From an uncultured Pseudomonadota bacterium (lineage in GTDB: Bacteria > Vulcanimicrobiota > Vulcanimicrobiia > Eremiobacterales > Eremiobacteraceae): DNA of 64,000 nucleotides. The stretch lies in assembly GCA_963736005.1 (NCBI GenBank), contig CAVTNB010000003.1, forward strand, positions 64,001 through 128,000, read 5' to 3'. Under the pieces are notes generated by a model. That model was not told the origin of the DNA. It saw only the letters and a list, made by a program, of their open reading frames with translations, and ran no database searches. Below, in pieces: positions 37,568-46,641 of the stretch. How positions within the stretch are numbered: position 1 is the first letter of the stretch; each line of letters begins with the position of its first letter. Made by a program: the position numbers and the translations under genes.

Positions 37568-38887
37568 CTACTTGGTGCCGCCGGTGCCTTCGCCCATAGA
37601 GGCGACAAGCGAGCTCGCGTGGCGCTGCAACGCATCGCTCCACACGGTCGAAGCAGCGCGTTCGGCCGCGCCGACTCGGCGGGCCACACGACCGGTTTGC
37701 AGCTTCAGTGCTTGCGCGAAGGTTTGCCCGGTTTGTCGCGCGACTCGCGACCAAGTCATGCCGCGACCAAATCGATACGCCGTCGTTTCAATGGACGCGC
37801 GCCGCTGTGGATCGCCCAAGACTGAGTTCACCGCTGCTGCGATGCTTTGCGAATTCTTAAACGGCACGGTGACGCCGCGTCCATCAGCGAGCAGCTCCTT
37901 CGCATAAATGGAAGCTGTGGCCACCACGGCGCGGCCGCAGGCAACGGCATACGATAGCGTGCCGCTGACGATTTGATTCGGGTCGAGCGAGGGTGATACG
38001 TAGACGTCGGTCGCTTGCAGATACTCGACGACTTCCTCGTCATTCATATAGTGATCGACGAACCGCACGCGGTTTTTTAAACCGAGCGCGCCAACGCGCT
38101 CCCACAAACTCTCGCGATAGCTCTCGCCTTCGCGCCTGCGAATTTCCGGATGTGTTTCGCCAAGCAACAGGTACATGACATCAGGAATCTGAGCGGCGAT
38201 TGCGGGCAAGGCGTCGATCACGTACTCGATGCCTTTGCCGCGGCTGAGCAGCCCAAACGTTGCAATGACGGTCCGATCCTCCAAGCCGAATGCTCGCTTG
38301 AAATGGTGGCTGCGTCGCAGCGGAACGTCCGGAACGCCGTGCAAGATGACATCGATCTTACGCGGATCGATGTTGTACCGGTCTTCCAAAATACGACGAC
38401 CGCTGTATGCCAAGACCACAACACGGTCGCTGCGGTTGCACAACTCTCGCGTGACGAAACGCATGCGAGCGTCTGGCTCAGGCAAGACCGTATGCAACGT
38501 CAAAATAACCGGCTTGCGAACCTGCGCAAGAAAATCGAGTACATAGTCGCCTTGGTCGCCGCCGAAGAGCCCATACTCATGCTGGATGTTGATAACATCA
38601 GCTTCGTGATCGTTCGCAAATCGTGCGGCGCGCACGTAAGACGCGCGGTCGTCGCGGTCGATTTCGCAGCGCACCATCTCGGGATATTGGTAAGCTTTGC
38701 CGCCATCGGTAATGGCGATGACATCGCTGGGTGCGCCAACGAGCAAGTCGTAGGCTCCTCGCGTATCCTCAGTGAAAGTTGCAATACCGCATTCACGAGG
38801 CGGATACGATCCAACGAAAAGAGCCCGCGGCATTCCTGCCTCGAGACTATTACCAAACAAAAGCGCGGAGCGTTTTGCTGCTTGCAC
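37568..38887 (-). CDS. Glycosyltransferase family 4
   Basis: YPPRECGIATFT, IQHEYGLFGG, TLHTVL, TFGLLSRGKGIE, LGETHP, SGTLSYA. Confidence 0.92.
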   Translation of the reverse strand: MQAAKRSALLFGNSLEAGMPRALFVGSYPPRECGIATFTEDTRGAYDLLVGAPSDVIAITDGGKAYQYPEMVRCEIDRDDRASYVRAARFANDHEADVINIQHEYGLFGGDQGDYVLDFLAQVRKPVILTLHTVLPEPDARMRFVTRELCNRSDRVVVLAYSGRRILEDRYNIDPRKIDVILHGVPDVPLRRSHHFKRAFGLEDRTVIATFGLLSRGKGIEYVIDALPAIAAQIPDVMYLLLGETHPEIRRREGESYRESLWERVGALGLKNRVRFVDHYMNDEEVVEYLQATDVYVSPSLDPNQIVSGTLSYAVACGRAVVATASIYAKELLADGRGVTVPFKNSQSIAAAVNSVLGDPQRRASIETTAYRFGRGMTWSRVARQTGQTFAQALKLQTGRVARRVGAAERAASTVWSDALQRHASSLVASMGEGTGGTK

Positions 38888-38957
38888 TATATAAGCTCTG
38901 TCCTTGCGTGTTATTTATTCTAATGAAGGCGGACGCCAGAGCGTCCGACCTGTTCTT

Positions 38958-38966
38958 ATTATACCA
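38958..38966 (-). promoter_or_regulatory. Extended -10 promoter (TGnTATAAT) upstream of the GT4 gene
   Basis: Minus strand TGGTATAAT in an AT-rich intergenic region, followed by hairpin GTCGGACGC-TCTG-GCGTCCGCC (38928-38949). Confidence 0.55.
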
Positions 38967-39021
38967 CATCGCGACTGAGTCCAAACGGACAGTCGATGTT
39001 GTTTGTCCCTCTTAAGGACGC

Positions 39022-40071
39022 TTAAGGTTTGCTCGCTTCGACCCGTTCGTCGCGTCCCAGTACGGCACCAGGTTCAACCGTGGCGTTCGGTTCTACAACG
39101 ACTTCAAGCCCTAGGATCGCGTCCCGCACCGACGCTCCATGCCCGATGAAGCAATCTGCCCACAGAACGCTTGACGCAACGGTTGCACCGTGCGCGACTT
39201 TGCAGCCTTCGTAGAGCACAGCATACGGTCCGATGCGCGCACCAGGTTCGAGCGTCACGTTCGCGCCAAAATAGATTGGACCGGTTAGCGTGACGCCGGC
39301 AGGCGGCGCGGTCCCATCGGCGACCCAGATCTTGTTGGCCACCTCGGTGCCGATCGGGCGCTCGAAGGCACCGTCGAGGATGTCCCGGTGAGCTTGCACA
39401 TACGTCGCGGGGCGGCCGACGTCAATCCAGTAGTCAGACGTTGAAACTGCAAACACGCGGTGCGTTTGTTCGATCAGTTTGGGAAACGTTTCTCGTTCGA
39501 TCGATACCTTTTGCCCGGATGGGATCGCGTCGAGCGCCTCCGGCTCGAGCACGTAGGTCCCGGCATTGATATCGCGTGCGCTTGTTTCTCCTGGTCTTGG
39601 TTTCTCTACGAAGCGCAGCACGCGTCCTTCGCGATCGGTTTCGACGACCCCGAACTGGCTTGGATCATCGACGGCACGCGTGTGGATGGTGGCGATGGCT
39701 TTGTGTCGCTCGTGTGCCTCGCGGAGCGCAACCAAATCAACGCCCGTGAGGATGTCGCCGTTGCAGACAAAGATCGTTCCTGTGACTTTGTGGACGGCGT
39801 TCTTGATCGCGCCCGCCGTGCCGAGTGGCTCTTCTTCAAAGACGTAGTGCAGCTGCACTCCAAATTTGCTACCGTCACCGAAATATGACTCGATCGCCTC
39901 AGGCAGGTAACAGCATGACAAGATAACCTCATCGACGCCTGCTTTGCGCAGTCGTTCGATGATCCAGCCGATAAAAGGACGGCCCAAAAGAGGCGCCATT
40001 GGTTTGGGAACGGAGTAGGTCAACGGCCGCAGGCGCGTACCTTCGCCACCCACGAGAACTACAGCTTGCAT
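39022..40071 (-). CDS. NDP-sugar synthase (mannose-1-phosphate guanylyltransferase-like), second copy
   Basis: LVGGEGTRLRPLT..PKPM, EEPLGTAGAI, NGDIL, FVEKP, INAGTY, YWIDVG. Confidence 0.9.
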   Translation of the reverse strand: MQAVVLVGGEGTRLRPLTYSVPKPMAPLLGRPFIGWIIERLRKAGVDEVILSCCYLPEAIESYFGDGSKFGVQLHYVFEEEPLGTAGAIKNAVHKVTGTIFVCNGDILTGVDLVALREAHERHKAIATIHTRAVDDPSQFGVVETDREGRVLRFVEKPRPGETSARDINAGTYVLEPEALDAIPSGQKVSIERETFPKLIEQTHRVFAVSTSDYWIDVGRPATYVQAHRDILDGAFERPIGTEVANKIWVADGTAPPAGVTLTGPIYFGANVTLEPGARIGPYAVLYEGCKVAHGATVASSVLWADCFIGHGASVRDAILGLEVVVEPNATVEPGAVLGRDERVEASKP

Positions 40072-40179
40072 GCGTCGATTCGAGGTTTACTCTCGGGATG
40101 GTCAGGCTCCCCCTGCGCAGGGGAAACACGCGATGGCGCGCAAACGGAAAGCCGTCAGGTTCCTATCAGAGGATCATCG

Positions 40180-40488
40180 ATGGACGTTTCTGGTACCTTG
40201 ATCTACACGATCGCCCAACCGGTGCTCAACATTCTGTTTGGGTTTTTGTTTGGGTTTTTGCTCCAGGAAGTGCCCTTTCGCAGATTGTTTATGTTCTGGA
40301 TAGCACTAGTTGTTTTCGTCTCGGTGAGAGTCGTCGGCGACTGGCTGTTCCAACAACCTTCGGTCTTGCCCTGGGAGACCGTGCGACTCTATGTGTACGC
40401 CAGTTGTTTTTTCCTCGGAACCGCGGGAGCGCGTTGGCTTGTGGGCGTTTACAACGCTAACAAAATGCTCAAAGACAAAGATCTATAA
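40180..40488 (+). CDS. Hypothetical membrane protein (about 3 TM helices)
   Basis: GAGGA RBS before ATG 40180; hydrophobic stretches; more AT-rich than flanking genes. Confidence 0.55.
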   Translation: MDVSGTLIYTIAQPVLNILFGFLFGFLLQEVPFRRLFMFWIALVVFVSVRVVGDWLFQQPSVLPWETVRLYVYASCFFLGTAGARWLVGVYNANKMLKDKDL

Positions 40489-40889
40489 CAAACACAAATC
40501 AAGCTATGTGTTTTTCGGGCTTTTGTCTCAGCCCGAGTTTAACACTTGCCTGTTAGAATAGGCACAAGCGCGATACGCGCGGTTCTCCCGAGGAGATATA
40601 TCTCTCATGTACACAGTCCCAAAGATCGTAGCGTCGCTTGACCTAGGCACTGTAATGAGTGACGTGCTCGGTATCAGTGCCAGTTGCGCTAACAATCCCG
40701 AGTGCGGATAATCGACCCATCGTCCCAACCTGGGGTTGGTGAGGGGGTGTGAGCCAAGGCTCGCTCCCCTTTTGTTTGACAACTTCCAGAATGCGTGTAT
40801 ATAAATGAAGAGGCAGCTACCCCGATACGCTCGATGAAGCCCGCGTAACAATCGAGCAGTGGCCAATGAGTTCGGCGGCGGCTTGGCGG

Positions 40890-41247
40890 CTAAGGTTTGC
40901 GCTGGTGGATCACGAGTTGGTTTCCCTCGGAATCCTCGCCGATGGCCATGAAACACGTCGGGTTATCCATGGGATCGCCGATCGTGACGCCGCGGGAGCG
41001 AAGCTCGGCGACCGCCTCGCGCGCGTCCGCCACGGCGAACATGATTCCGTATCCGCGCTCCCAAGACCAGTTCGCCTCGGCGGGGTTCCACAGCTCGACC
41101 GTTGAGCCGTCGGGGAGTTCGAATTCGGCTCCGTTCTCGCCGAATCGTTGGCGCCAGCGGCAACTGCAGCACGTCGCGGTAGAACGCGATCGCGCGCGAG
41201 AGATCTTTAACCATATACGTGTGAGCGTCGATACCGGTGATGTTCAT
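40890..41247 (-). CDS. VOC/glyoxalase family protein with an apparent +1 frameshift near 41150
   Basis: MNITGIDAHTYMVKDLSRAIAFYRDVL. Removing one base continues as QRFGENGAEFELPDGSTVELW...IMFAVADAREAVAELRSRGV...EDSEGNQLVIHQRKP*. Confidence 0.85.
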
Positions 41248-41608
41248 GCAGCGCGGATTCGACGACCGTTTTGCAAATCCGGCAGCTCAGCGCTAGCTGC
41301 TCCTCTACAAGCTCGTCGGTGAAGAAGCGCGAATGGTTGCAACGACAGCGCGCAATCGCGCGGTGAGCGTCCAAACGGAATCATCGGTGTTAGCTTAGCC
41401 AACATTCCCCATATGAATCTCCTTTTCGAGCCGCTTCAGACTGGAATTAGTCCCTAAACTTCGATAGGGCGTGGTTTTTCCAATAGCGGAAGTGCTCGCT
41501 CCGCCGGCTTCCGACATATACAGCCGGATTCGTAAACCCCTGCGCGACTCATTACCCAACGCGGCGTTTTCGCTATCAACTTCTCCCACTGTTTTGCGCC
41601 AGCGCGCG

Positions 41609-42310
41609 CTACTTCGTCAGCGTGTGGTTGGCGGCGTGAAGGAGAATGACGGAGGCCTGTTTCTGGATGGCGGTAATATCAAGCCGCGAGAGGTTATTTG
41701 CCTTCTCATTGTAGCTGGCAATCGCTTTGATCGCGGCCTGCACCTGGGGCTGCAAGGTCTGGAAGATCGTCGGACTGCTCCCCGCGAATTGAGTAAACTT
41801 TTGCAGCCCGGGTTTGGCCAACCCTTGGGCAGTTGCGAGGTTGTAACCCCAATCGAATTCCGAGGGAACGGTTTTGCCCACCAGTGCGGTTTTGTTCCCG
41901 AGCCAGAAAAAGAAGCAGGCCTTGGTATCCAGGTCCGTGCCCAGCCATTTGTCCAAAGCGCCCGAGTTTATCTCGGAATTGTTCCAAGCATCCTGTTGGG
42001 CTTGCGACCAGCCGGAATAATTCCGGAACAATGGCAGCCCGAGACTCGTTTTGACGAGGCTGTCGTAGCTGGCCAAAACCTGCGGCGTCGCACCGGCGTT
42101 GACGAACAATTGACGCCCCGAGGCAAACTCGGCCCTGATCCCGTCCGGCGAAAAGTTTTTCAGATTATTAATATTATTGGTGAATTCCATAAACTGGCCT
42201 GCGTTGAAATAATCAAACGGACGCGCCGTCTTTGTTTGCACCGCCCAAACTGGTAGAACCGACAGGACGAGCACGGCCAAGACCGCGATCGCAGGAGCGA
42301 AAAGACGCAT
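41609..42310 (-). CDS. Secreted hypothetical protein (helical)
   Basis: GGAGGT RBS; signal peptide MRLFAPAIAVLAVLVLSVLPVWA; no recognised motif. Confidence 0.65.
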   Translation of the reverse strand: MRLFAPAIAVLAVLVLSVLPVWAVQTKTARPFDYFNAGQFMEFTNNINNLKNFSPDGIRAEFASGRQLFVNAGATPQVLASYDSLVKTSLGLPLFRNYSGWSQAQQDAWNNSEINSGALDKWLGTDLDTKACFFFWLGNKTALVGKTVPSEFDWGYNLATAQGLAKPGLQKFTQFAGSSPTIFQTLQPQVQAAIKAIASYNEKANNLSRLDITAIQKQASVILLHAANHTLTK

Positions 42311-42719
42311 GAGAACCTCCTTGGGCATGGCTGCGTGAACAAAAAAAATGCGGAACGCTGTCATGTCGCGGCCCTTTGCGACACCGACGCTTCGAACAAG
42401 AACGTGCTGGGACAGGCCCGAGGTCCTTCGAGCCAAGTCTCCCCGGAGCCGGAGACCTGCGCCGCCCTTTCGCCGCGATGGCTCCGATTCGCTCTAGTCT
42501 CTTAGTCGCGAAAATCTCTCTTTGCTGTTGGGCGGAGCCGGTGATACAGTGGACCGTCAATTGCGTTGCAAGAACACCGAACCGATAAGCCACCATGGGA
42601 ATCTTTCTTGGGATAAGGCCGCGCTCGTTGGCGCTACCAATTCAACGGTTATGCATTTCCACAGCCGTGTACACCTTGGGAGCCTAGGAAGCCCGTGAGA
42701 AGGTCGCTAAATCACCGGC

Positions 42720-43154
42720 ATGTGGCGGCGAATTCCCGCTTTGGCGATCGTGGCGACGTTGGGTGTGCTCGCGGTAGCGGCGTGTTCTCGTGGTGGTGGT
42801 GACTACGGGCCGGCCTCGGACGTGCAAGTCCTCCGAACGATGTGGCAAGCGGAATCAACAACCGGGAAGATCGCGCAAGTCGTCGTGGTGGGGAATTACG
42901 GTGTCGTCGACGTAACCGACACCGAAGGGAACGTCAATTACGTCGAGCTTTTCGTGAAAGGCGCTTCCCAGGTGCCCGGAGCGTGGCAAAAAGACATCGG
43001 CCGGCTCTACTCGAGCAACATCTACGGTCCGATTGCCGCGTGCGCGTTCACCCAGCGTGGAGTTCCGCAAGACGTAGCGGACCAGATTGTTGCTAACGAC
43101 ACGCGCCTCTCGGCCGCGGCGCGGCAAAACCCGCAGGCCGGATGCGGCGGTTGA
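42720..43154 (+). CDS. Hypothetical lipoprotein
   Basis: Signal peptide with lipobox LAVAA-C; two further Cys residues that could form a disulfide. Confidence 0.65.
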   Translation: MWRRIPALAIVATLGVLAVAACSRGGGDYGPASDVQVLRTMWQAESTTGKIAQVVVVGNYGVVDVTDTEGNVNYVELFVKGASQVPGAWQKDIGRLYSSNIYGPIAACAFTQRGVPQDVADQIVANDTRLSAAARQNPQAGCGG

Positions 43155-43401
43155 GTCTGCCGGATTAGCAACGTAACCGACGTCCCACGTCACGCCATGC
43201 TGCTCACAACGGCCGACATATATGCCTCTAGAAAACGTCTACCGCAAGAGCGGCTAAAGCACCGTCCTTTGCGTTCTCGTTCGTTCTGGCGGGTTTTTAG
43301 GCTAGGGCTAACTTTCTGGGATGTTCAGCGGTTTCCAGCGAATCTCGCACAGTGGCTCCAAGGCCGTCAAATAAAGCTCAAAAACCTTACTGCGTGAAGC
43401 G

Positions 43402-43474
43402 TAGCCCCAAGGGAATTCGAATCCCTGTCTCCGCCTTGAGAGGGCGGCGTCCTAGGCCTCTAGACGATGGGGCC
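43402..43474 (-). tRNA. tRNA-Glu (CTC)
   Basis: GGCCCCATCGTCTAGAGGCCTAGGACGCCGCCCTCTCAAGGCGGAGACAGGGATTCGAATTCCCTTGGGGCTA; cloverleaf, anticodon loop CT-CTC-AA, CCA not encoded. Confidence 0.95.
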
Positions 43475-44129
43475 AAGAAATGCTCCCGGGCAAGGTCTCG
43501 AACCTCGAGTCTCGCGGTTCAGAGCCGCGCGTGTTACCAGTTACACCACCCGGGACATCGCCGTTCATTCGCTGCTGACGGACTCTTTGCTTTCTGTTTC
43601 GTGTTCCAAAAGTCGGCGTTTGGCTGTGACAATTAGGGCACAGCATGCGCAAATTTTCCAGCCGATGATCATTCCGAATGCCGTTGCGATGATCCAGGTG
43701 GATTGAGAGAGGTCTATCTCTCCAGTTGGTAATACCGCACTCCTCGCATTCATTCTTTAAGAGCCCCTCCTCGAGCAGACGTCGCTTGACCGATAACCTG
43801 GATTTAGATTCCCTCAAGACTCGTTCGAGCGGCCAGCGAGGCACCCGAGGCGTGATATCGTGGCGTTTGACCGCTTTACGCCACGCTTCGGCAGAGAACC
43901 CAAATTCGACCCGACTTGCCCGGAAGGTGTGACCCGCTTCGTAGTATTTCCGGACTGCATTCCAGTCAACACTAATGACTCGACTTTTCGTCTCAAGGTG
44001 ACCGCACTGAATCGCTTTGTACCAGGCGGCGATGCTAAACCCAAAGTGAGCCATGCACGCATCCCGATTGTTCCCCGCATCGTGGTAGCGTTGAATTGCA
44101 GCCCAATCGTATAGTTTTCGTCCCATCAT
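43452..44129 (-). CDS. HNH endonuclease with two N-terminal helical repeats; as assembled, the ORF runs through tRNA-Gln
   Basis: CEECG...LDHRNG..NDHRLENLRMLCPNCHSQT (HNH + Zn finger); repeats DWAAIQRYHDAG..FGFSIAAWYKA and DWNAVRKYYEAG..FGFSAEAWRKA. Confidence 0.9.
   Translation of the reverse strand: MMGRKLYDWAAIQRYHDAGNNRDACMAHFGFSIAAWYKAIQCGHLETKSRVISVDWNAVRKYYEAGHTFRASRVEFGFSAEAWRKAVKRHDITPRVPRWPLERVLRESKSRLSVKRRLLEEGLLKNECEECGITNWRDRPLSIHLDHRNGIRNDHRLENLRMLCPNCHSQTPTFGTRNRKQRVRQQRMNGDVPGGVTGNTRGSEPRDSRFETLPGSISWPHRLEA
43483..43555 (-). tRNA. tRNA-Gln (CTG)
   Basis: TCCCGGGTGGTGTAACTGGTAACACGCGCGGCTCTGAACCGCGAGACTCGAGGTTCGAGACCTTGCCCGGGAG; anticodon loop CT-CTG-AA, GTTCGA T-loop. Confidence 0.93.
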
Positions 44130-44230
44130 CAAACTCCGCACTTGTCGAGCTTTGCCCAAATTTCACACATCTGTTGAAAACGTCCATGGGCCACGCGGGT
44201 TGTCGTCGATGAACGCCGAAAATCGCCGCG

Positions 44231-45058
44231 ATGACTTTGGATATGACGACTGTAGAGTTGCTCGTGCGTTCGGCCTTCGCCGATCGCGAACGGTTAGCGG
44301 ATCCGGACGTCGGAGCCGCCGTCGAGCAGGTTATTGAGTCGCTGGATAGTGGCAAGTTTCGGGTCGCTGAATTTGATGGCAACAGCTGGGTTGTCAACGA
44401 CTGGATGCAGCAAGCGATCTTGCTCTATTTTGCGCTGAGAGAAGCGAGCGCGATCGACGCCGGACCTTTGAGCTTTTGGGATAAGATTCCAATGAAGAAA
44501 TCGTGGCGGCACACGGGCGTGCGCGTCGTGCCGCCAGGAGTCGCTCGATACGGAAGCTACCTTGCTCCCGGCGTTATTTTGATGCCGGCATTCGTGAACA
44601 TCGGTGCGCGGGTGGGCGAAGGCACGATGATCGACACGTGGGCAACCGTCGGCAGTTGCGCCCAAGTAGGCGGCGGCGTTCACATTTCCGGAGGTGTCGG
44701 GATTGGCGGCGTGCTCGAGCCTCCGAGCTCGCGCCCAGTCATCATTGAGGATGGAGCATTCATCGGCTCGCGCTGCATTATTGTCGAAGGCGTCATGGTC
44801 GAGCGCGAGGCAGTGCTCGGCGCGGGCGTCGTGCTCACCGCGTCAACGCCGATCGTCGATGTCACCGGATCGAAGCCGGCGATGTCGCGGGGCAAGATAC
44901 CAAAGCGCGCGGTCGTCATTCCGGGAATGCAACCGAAACAATATCCCGCAGGAAATTATTCCACACCTTGCGCGCTGATCATCGGACAGCGTTCGGAATC
45001 AACCGATAGAAAAACATCGCTCAACGCTGTGCTGCGCGAACACGGGTTAGCGGTCTGA
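44231..45058 (+). CDS. dapD: Tetrahydrodipicolinate N-succinyltransferase
   Basis: LDSGKFRVAE, FWDKIP, RVVPP, VNIGA.V..GTMIDTWATVGSCAQ, HISGGVGIGGVLEP, KTSLN. Confidence 0.95.
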   Translation: MTLDMTTVELLVRSAFADRERLADPDVGAAVEQVIESLDSGKFRVAEFDGNSWVVNDWMQQAILLYFALREASAIDAGPLSFWDKIPMKKSWRHTGVRVVPPGVARYGSYLAPGVILMPAFVNIGARVGEGTMIDTWATVGSCAQVGGGVHISGGVGIGGVLEPPSSRPVIIEDGAFIGSRCIIVEGVMVEREAVLGAGVVLTASTPIVDVTGSKPAMSRGKIPKRAVVIPGMQPKQYPAGNYSTPCALIIGQRSESTDRKTSLNAVLREHGLAV

Positions 45059-46206
45059 TGAATCCTTCGGGAAATCCACTGCTTGCGGCAATCAAACCAT
45101 CCGCGATCCGCGCCATGCACGAGCGTAAACGCGAGACGTCGATCGATCTTGGCATGGGTCAACCAACGCTTATGCCGGCTATCGAGCCTTTCGGCGAAGC
45201 GATGGATTGGGTTCGCGACAATGGCACTCCCTACGCGCCGAATTCTGGCTTGCCTGAGCTCCGCGAGGCAATCGCGCGGATCTACGGAGGTTATTACAAC
45301 CCCACGGCCGCGAATGTCTGCGCCGTCAATGGATCGCAAGAGGGCATCTACCTTGCAGTAAAGGCGTTGCTCGACCCACGCACGGATGAAGCCTTGCTGA
45401 CAGACCCCACATACCCGTCGTACGGTCGCTGCTGCGACCTGGAAGGGATCAAACTGCGGACGGTGCGACAAAATTCTCAGGATGGTTTCGCGCTGTCAGC
45501 CGACTCGCTGCTTGACGCGTTGGGGCCAGCAACGCGCATGATCATTCTTGGATCACCAGCGAATCCTACGGCGACCGTGATGGACGAACGCGAACTGCGC
45601 CGTCTCGCACGGGGGCTGCTCGAACGCAAAGGGCCACCTGTGTGGGTCGTTGTTGACGAGGTTTACAGAGAATTGACGTTCACCGCCAAGCCCTATGCGA
45701 GTCTTTTGGATCATTACCCGCACGCAATCGCGCTGGAGAGCCTATCGAAATCTTGCGCGCTGACCGGGATGCGCATAGGCTTTGTCATAGGTTCGGTGGA
45801 TGCGGTGAGCGCTATGGTGAGGGCGCATGCCTTGATGTTGATGTCGGTGAATGTTTTTGCACAACACGTGGCGCTTGCGATCGTGCGTGAACCACGACGG
45901 CTACGCGCACACTTTGACTGGTACTCGGGGCAGCGCCAACTGCTCATCGATACTGCGGCGCGCCTTCATTTGAAGATCCTCGAACCCCAAGGCTCCTTCT
46001 ACACGATGCTCGCGCTACCGGAACGATGGGCCAATTCCGAAGCGGCCGCCGATCATTTGCTCGAGCGCTATGATGTCGTGACGGTCCCCGGCAGCGTGTT
46101 CGGCGAAGCCAGCGAAGGGTATCTTCGCCTGACGTGGTCTGCGCAGCCCGCCGATGTTGTCAAGGGGTTAGAGCGCATCGCCGAATTCTGGACGAACGCA
46201 ACCTAA
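45058..46206 (+). CDS. PLP-dependent class I/II aminotransferase (possible DapC role)
   Basis: DLGMGQP, GLPELREAI, SPANPT, DEVY, SLSKSCALTGMRIG, VPGSVFG; start overlaps the dapD stop. Confidence 0.88.
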   Translation: MNPSGNPLLAAIKPSAIRAMHERKRETSIDLGMGQPTLMPAIEPFGEAMDWVRDNGTPYAPNSGLPELREAIARIYGGYYNPTAANVCAVNGSQEGIYLAVKALLDPRTDEALLTDPTYPSYGRCCDLEGIKLRTVRQNSQDGFALSADSLLDALGPATRMIILGSPANPTATVMDERELRRLARGLLERKGPPVWVVVDEVYRELTFTAKPYASLLDHYPHAIALESLSKSCALTGMRIGFVIGSVDAVSAMVRAHALMLMSVNVFAQHVALAIVREPRRLRAHFDWYSGQRQLLIDTAARLHLKILEPQGSFYTMLALPERWANSEAAADHLLERYDVVTVPGSVFGEASEGYLRLTWSAQPADVVKGLERIAEFWTNAT

Positions 46207-46581
46207 GTGCTATCCGCCGTCATTGCGTGCCTCTGTCTCGTGGGGCTCTACATTTCTGCATTCATGCTGCGCAAGCAAGTTCGTGGCGAGCGCGGAGCAA
46301 TCAAGGAGCCAAGCGTTGTCTTCACTCCTCGGGCGAGAGCAATGGGGCCCCCGAACTCGCTGCTCGGGCTGTTCTTTTATCTTGCATTGCTCTTGATGGC
46401 GCCGTTCCTGTCAAACCCGATTGTATGGATGCTGGCAACGGTTGCTTCGACCCTTGCCGCCGCGCTCTCCGTGTATCTTGCCTACAGCCTGTTATTTGTC
46501 ACCCGCATGCGTTGCGCATACTGCTGGACTGGCCATGTCATCAACTGGTTGTTGCTTGGGCTATTAATTGTGCGACGCTAG
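46207..46581 (+). CDS. Vitamin K epoxide reductase (VKOR) family membrane protein
   Basis: 4 TM helices, PNSLLG, SVYLAY, redox motif CAYCW..H..N. Confidence 0.8.
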   Translation: MLSAVIACLCLVGLYISAFMLRKQVRGERGAIKEPSVVFTPRARAMGPPNSLLGLFFYLALLLMAPFLSNPIVWMLATVASTLAAALSVYLAYSLLFVTRMRCAYCWTGHVINWLLLGLLIVRR

Positions 46582-46585
46582 GCTT

Positions 46586-46641
46586 TAGTCGCGCGAATTC
46601 ATTCGCGCGTCCGTCGTCACGAATAAATTCGTGACACTACA
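46586..46641. repeat. Convergent doublet of family B repeats
   Basis: TAGTCGCGCGAATTCATTCGCGCG and GTCACGAATAAATTCGTGAC-ACTAC; the second supplies the TAG of ORF 46637..47497. Confidence 0.82.

Noticed and set aside
40528..40956. 142-aa minus-strand ORF as a gene
   Set aside because: Its start overlaps the corrected VOC C-terminus and it has no motif or RBS I can support. It is left unannotated.
40090..44159. Intact prophage or integrative element at tRNA-Glu/Gln
   Set aside because: No integrase, phage genes or att duplication are visible; reported only as a possible decayed islet.
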